From positions 512,001 to 576,000 of the forward strand of contig CAVVXT010000019.1 of NCBI GenBank assembly GCA_963752255.1: a stretch of DNA of 64,000 nt. The letters run 5' to 3'. Shown here piece by piece: positions 59,731 to 64,000 of the stretch. Under the pieces are notes generated by a model. It saw nothing but the letters and a program-made list of their open reading frames with translations. It was not told where the DNA came from and ran no database searches. Positions within the stretch are counted from its first letter, which is position 1. Every line of letters begins with the position of its first letter. The stretch comes from Nitrososphaeria archaeon (GTDB lineage: Archaea > Thermoproteota > Nitrososphaeria > JACIWG01). Made by a program: the position numbers and the translations under genes.

Positions 59731-60391
59731 CTTTTGTTAGTGAACCAAGCTTCTCGATAAGGGCAGGATGTAAACCGGCTGGAATTTCTAGTTCAACCGT
59801 ATATGAGCCGTCAGGAAGCCAATGTTCTTTAGAGAGTTTTCCAAAAGACTTGAGGAGACCAATGGACTTGGATGAATACTGAGCAGGAACCTTTATTTGA
59901 AGAATTACATTCTGTGATTTTAATGGCATTATTGGACGCAGCGCGTCCACAACATTCTGAAGTTGTTCTTCTGCAGGGCGGAATGGATCTATTGACAAAT
60001 GAACCTGTTCTAGAGCCTGTTCAAATCTGGTTGGTGGATGAGGAGAATTCGTTCTTGGATCAACGAAATTTTTCGACAGTATTGCAATTATTGCCTTCTT
60101 CTTTTCTTCTATAAGCTTCCTTCTTTGCTCTAAAGTTAGTTGAAGCTCGCCCTTTTTAAGGATGGTTTCTGCAATAGTATAGAAATCAGTGGTATGAAAA
60201 ACCTTTTTTAGTTTATCTTCAGAAATACGCAGCCCCTTAGCTGAATCTGAGAATACCTCTTCTATACCTATTATTTGGGAGAGCTCTAAGGGTTTACCTG
60301 TTTTATAGTTAAGAGCTGGATCGGGACGGACAAGGAGCTCAAAACGTTCCCCATCCACTGTCAAGCGGACACTTGTAAATTTACTACTCAT
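59696..60391 (-). CDS. Ribosome maturation factor SBDS/Sdo1
   Basis: GERFELLV, GELQLT, DPRTNSPHPPTR. Confidence 0.93.
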   Translation of the reverse strand: MSSKFTSVRLTVDGERFELLVRPDPALNYKTGKPLELSQIIGIEEVFSDSAKGLRISEDKLKKVFHTTDFYTIAETILKKGELQLTLEQRRKLIEEKKKAIIAILSKNFVDPRTNSPHPPTRFEQALEQVHLSIDPFRPAEEQLQNVVDALRPIMPLKSQNVILQIKVPAQYSSKSIGLLKSFGKLSKEHWLPDGSYTVELEIPAGLHPALIEKLGSLTKGETEVNVVARK

Positions 60392-60403
60392 TCCTTTTAC
60401 ACC

Positions 60404-61135
60404 TTATGGAGGGTTGAATTTTTCCTTGGCCATTGCTGCAAACTTCATAGCTTCTTCCTCCGTATATCTCCTAAGTTTCTTAGTTTTATTATCTATAGAA
60501 GCTATCCTTATGTGACTGACGCTTGCCTTATCCTCGCTCACTAAATAAATCGATTTAACAGACAGAACAGCCAATTCTTCAATGGACATCGAGGTATTAA
60601 AGTTGGTTTCGAGAAATTGGGTTACTTGGTCAGAGCCAGCTCCTATGGATACAGCTTCGTATTGTAGATAGCTTCCACTGGGGTCAACTAGAAAAACAGA
60701 GGAGCCTCTTCTATCAACTCCAGCTATTATTAGCGAAACACCAAAGGGGCGAACACCCGCGTATTGCGTGAATTCCTGTGTTAAGTCACCTAGATACTTA
60801 GCTACTGATTCAACGTCAACAGATTCGTCGTAAAGAAGATGATTAGATTGAGAGAAGACTCGTGCTTTATCCACTAAAACCCTTGCGTCTGGTACGTATC
60901 CGGCTGCGGCAACTCCCACATGATCGTCTACTTGAAAAATCTTTTGTGAAAGAGTTGGAGTTTGAAGTTTGCGTGTTCTTTCTTCCACAGCTAATATTAC
61001 TCCATCAACTCCACGCAAGCCAAGAGCTATTGTACCTCTCCTAACCGTCTCTAAAGCATATTCCACTTGATATAGGCGTCCATCAGGCGAAAATATTGTT
61101 AACGCCCGATCGTAGCCTGCCGAAGGTCCGAAAAT
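60404..61135 (-). CDS. psmA: Proteasome alpha subunit, 243 aa with apparent ATT start
   Basis: N-terminal (M)FGPSAGYDRALTIFSPDGRLYQVEYA lies in frame upstream of the track start; RPFGVSL, DPSG. Confidence 0.92.
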   Translation of the reverse strand: MFGPSAGYDRALTIFSPDGRLYQVEYALETVRRGTIALGLRGVDGVILAVEERTRKLQTPTLSQKIFQVDDHVGVAAAGYVPDARVLVDKARVFSQSNHLLYDESVDVESVAKYLGDLTQEFTQYAGVRPFGVSLIIAGVDRRGSSVFLVDPSGSYLQYEAVSIGAGSDQVTQFLETNFNTSMSIEELAVLSVKSIYLVSEDKASVSHIRIASIDNKTKKLRRYTEEEAMKFAAMAKEKFNPP

Positions 61136-61229
61136 ATTCCTACACCTCTTTTTTTCTAAACAGTAGTCTTCTAAAACGTATGTTTAAACCTTTTTATTTT
61201 AACCATCCAATCAAAATGAAGAAAATATT

Positions 61230-61300
61230 TTGGTCAGTGTAGTTGTTAATTCTTCAATGCCTTCAAGGCTCAGTCTGGGACGGCTTGCACTTCATCCCAA
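61230..61300 (-). ncRNA. Candidate C/D-box sRNA
   Basis: Stem TTGG/CCAA, C-like ATGAAG, D' CTGA, GCCT/AGGC hairpin, C'-like TTGAAGA, D CTGA. Confidence 0.5.
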
Positions 61301-61324
61301 GTCTTTAATAGTCATGATAACAAT

Positions 61325-61813
61325 TTAAAGGTTTCCCTCTGCATCATCAGAGTCTAAAATTAATTTCTTGTAAAAATCAGACGCCTCTGTTAAATATCTC
61401 ACCCTAGGTTTAAATTTGAAATGGAAGGTGTTAGACCCATTAATTCTAAATCGATCCTCAAAGAGACTTGATTTGTCCAACCTCACGTACAGAGACTTTG
61501 TTGAATCAATATTCTGAGAGATATCTTCTAACAACTTTTTTTTATCGTTAGAGGACAACTTTTTAAAAATTATATTAAAAATGTTCTGCGCCAAGGCATC
61601 TGTTATTGTAGCATTATATTTGGAAATAGGATTACCGTGATATCCTTCAAAAACTGTTTTAAAAAAGGCAGATTCTTCAATACCAAAATTATTTTTCAGA
61701 ATACCTAAAAGTTTCTTCTCATCTTCTGTAGCGTGAACACTAAACGACATTTCCAAAACCACCATATTTTTGTGCTTCTGTCCCATCTTTAATTCGCTGA
61801 TTACTATAAACAT
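61325..61813 (-). CDS. DUF54 exosome-associated RNA-binding protein
   Basis: VHATEDEKK, GYHGNPI, LYVRLDK. Confidence 0.85.
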   Translation of the reverse strand: MFIVISELKMGQKHKNMVVLEMSFSVHATEDEKKLLGILKNNFGIEESAFFKTVFEGYHGNPISKYNATITDALAQNIFNIIFKKLSSNDKKKLLEDISQNIDSTKSLYVRLDKSSLFEDRFRINGSNTFHFKFKPRVRYLTEASDFYKKLILDSDDAEGNL

Positions 61814-61845
61814 AAATAAATAAATTTTTAACCCAAAATGAACAA

Positions 61846-62841
61846 ATGGAAAAAGAACAAATCTGTCTTGGTATAGAGTCTACGGCCCACACCTTTTCAG
61901 TGGCAATAATATCGAATGACAGAATAATTTCGAATGAAAAGGATACCTATGTACCCCCCATAGGCGAAGGAATTCATCCATATGAGGCAGCACAACACCA
62001 TGTTAGGGTAGCTAGAAGAGTCTTACAGAATGCACTTGAAAAGAGTGGAAAACGTGTAGAAGATGTAGACGTCATAGCATATTCAGCAGGGCCAGGCTTA
62101 GGCCCATGTCTAAGAGTAGGAGCGGTCGTGGCGAGAAGCCTTGCCGCCTACTATGATAAACCTTTGACAGCTGTCAATCACGCGATAGGGCACATCGAAT
62201 TGGCGAACTTCTTTGCGAAATCAAGAGATCCTGTAATAGTCTTGGTTTCAGGAGGACACACGCTAGTTTCAACGTACCTAGTAAAAAGATGGAGGATATT
62301 TGGAGAAACGTTAGATATCACTTTAGGGCAGCTATTTGATCAACTCGGACGCGAGCTTGGTTATAATTCCCCGGCAGGAAAGCGTATTGAAGTTTTAGCG
62401 AGCCAAAGTAAGAACTACTTAGAAATGCCATATACGGTTAAGGGCAACGATGTTTCTTATTCCGGTCTATTAACATACGCAAAAAATTTGATCAAGAAAG
62501 GAAGCCGGATAGAAGATGTTTGCTTCTCAGTTCAAGAAACAGCTTTTGCAATGCTAACAGAGGTAACCGAAAGGCTACTTGCGTTCTCAGAAAAAAATGA
62601 AATAATATTAACCGGTGGGGTCGCTGCAAACAGAAGACTCCAAGATATGATAAAAGGTTTGAGTGAAGTACACAGCTCAAGTTTCTCTGCAATACCAAAG
62701 GAATTTAGCGGTGATTGTGGAGCCCAAATTTCGTTAGTAGGGCTACTGCAATATCGATCTAACAATTTGATAAGTATTGACAGGAGCCAAGTAAGACAGT
62801 CATGGAGGATAGATGAGGTTGATGTAACTTGGAGAGACTAG
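61846..62841 (+). CDS. kae1: KEOPS t6A synthase Kae1
   Basis: GIESTAH, VNHAIGHIE, VSGGHT, GETLD, GGVAAN, DCGAQI. Confidence 0.95.
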   Translation: MEKEQICLGIESTAHTFSVAIISNDRIISNEKDTYVPPIGEGIHPYEAAQHHVRVARRVLQNALEKSGKRVEDVDVIAYSAGPGLGPCLRVGAVVARSLAAYYDKPLTAVNHAIGHIELANFFAKSRDPVIVLVSGGHTLVSTYLVKRWRIFGETLDITLGQLFDQLGRELGYNSPAGKRIEVLASQSKNYLEMPYTVKGNDVSYSGLLTYAKNLIKKGSRIEDVCFSVQETAFAMLTEVTERLLAFSEKNEIILTGGVAANRRLQDMIKGLSEVHSSSFSAIPKEFSGDCGAQISLVGLLQYRSNNLISIDRSQVRQSWRIDEVDVTWRD

Positions 62842-63455
62842 TTAGGATGGGTGCTGAAGCTAACATATACCTTGACCACTGGGGTGGATCAGAAGTAATT
62901 AGAAAGGTGAGAAGACCTAAACCTTATTGGAGAGAGGAATTAGACAAGAAGCTAAGAAGGGTTAGAACAATAAGGGAAGCGGAGTTCATCTCCACCGTTA
63001 AGAAGTACGGCGTTCTAACGCCCACTATTTATTTTGTAGACCCTTTTAAGGGAGAGATAATTATGGAATACATAAATGGTGAAAGGGTTAAAGACTTGCT
63101 AAAGAAGGACACTCAAAAAGGGTACAGCATGCTCTACGAGGCAGGCAAAGACCTTGCGTGTATGCATGCCCATAATGTCATACACGGTGATCCAACAACT
63201 TCAAACTTTATTGTTAGGGAAGATAAACTCTATTTCATAGACTTTGGACTTGCTTTTCATTCCCTAAGGCTTGAAGACAAGGCGGTTGACCTTCATCTGT
63301 TAAAACAGGTCATGAAAAGCGCACATTCAGAATTTTATGAAACTGGATACCAAAAAATTTTAACGGGATATGGCAGCGTGTTCACGTCGCTTAAAGAAAT
63401 TCTAGAGAACGTTAAAGAAATCGAGATGAGAGGACGATATGCGGCCCCTGATTAA
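62829..63455 (+). CDS. bud32: KEOPS kinase Bud32
   Basis: GAEA, HGDPTTSN, IDFGL, EDKAVDL, RGRY. Confidence 0.94.
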   Translation: MERLVRMGAEANIYLDHWGGSEVIRKVRRPKPYWREELDKKLRRVRTIREAEFISTVKKYGVLTPTIYFVDPFKGEIIMEYINGERVKDLLKKDTQKGYSMLYEAGKDLACMHAHNVIHGDPTTSNFIVREDKLYFIDFGLAFHSLRLEDKAVDLHLLKQVMKSAHSEFYETGYQKILTGYGSVFTSLKEILENVKEIEMRGRYAAPD

Positions 63456-64000
63456 AATATTTTTTGCAACAAAAAACAAAAATAAAATTTATGAGGCAAG
63501 ACAGATACTTTCAAAATTTGGGATAAAAGTAGAACCGGTGTACACTGAAAAAGTAGAATTGCAGGCTGAAAAACTTGAAGAAATAGTCGTCTATGCGCTG
63601 AAGCAAATCAAAAAACAGAATAGAATTGTTGTCATCGAAGATTCAGGCCTGTTTATTGACAAGTTAAATGGTTTTCCAGGACCCTACTCTTCTTTTGTCT
63701 TCAAAAAAATCGGATGTGATGGAATTTTGAGGCTAATTGCAAACGAACAGGTCAGAAAAGCGGAATTTATTTCGGTAGTAGGCTACAAATATGGAGGAAG
63801 AAAAATGCTCTTTAAAGAAGAAACAGCTGGGACAATATCAAACATTAAAGTTGGGAAATCAGGATTCGGGTTCGATCCAATATTTATTCCGGAAGGAAAT
63901 GTGAAGACTTTCGCTCAAATGAGTTTATTTGAGAAGAACCAACTCTCACACCGAGGAAAAGCATTCAGGGCGCTAGGAGAATGGTTACAAAAGACAAAAT
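63439..64000 (+). CDS. rdgB: RdgB/HAM1 non-canonical purine NTP pyrophosphatase (runs off the window end)
   Basis: FATKNKNK, EDSGLFIDKLNGFPGPYS, GFGFDPIF, SHRGKA. Confidence 0.92.
   Translation, partial: MRPLIKIFFATKNKNKIYEARQILSKFGIKVEPVYTEKVELQAEKLEEIVVYALKQIKKQNRIVVIEDSGLFIDKLNGFPGPYSSFVFKKIGCDGILRLIANEQVRKAEFISVVGYKYGGRKMLFKEETAGTISNIKVGKSGFGFDPIFIPEGNVKTFAQMSLFEKNQLSHRGKAFRALGEWLQKTK

Overview
Archaeal chromosomal window, most consistent with a deep-branching Nitrososphaerota/TACK lineage (Hel308-MCM-GINS, RFC, single-OB SSB, short XPF, DGGGP synthase, exosome/proteasome cluster, KEOPS). It holds four intron-less tRNAs (Gln-UUG, Arg-UCG, Pro-UGG, Gly-CCC). A ~21.3 kb mosaic element is integrated at tRNA-Arg (14-bp att repeat, 13962-35244). 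It carries a tyrosine integrase, defence-like genes (frameshifted OLD nuclease, ApeA-like HEPN, GIY-YIG, PD-(D/E)XK, a methyltransferase relic), membrane-anchored wHTH regulators with visible operator arrays and Thr-rich surface proteins. Top finding: the elongation factor 2 gene is interrupted just before its P-loop by a 31-nt insertion (51956-51986) that folds with the exons into a canonical bulge-helix-bulge motif. Cutting at the canonical tRNA-splicing-endonuclease positions restores ...DQIRNLGVVAHVDHGKTT... and a 730-aa EF-2, making it a candidate tRNA-type intron in an essential mRNA. Also found: two candidate C/D-box sRNAs (one predicted to guide Cm34 of tRNA-Leu(CAA)), non-canonical start codons (ATT for psmA, CTG for rpl37ae), and an HTH/ATP-cone/NrdD-like protein lacking its radical residues. 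All calls come from manual motif recognition; no searches were run.
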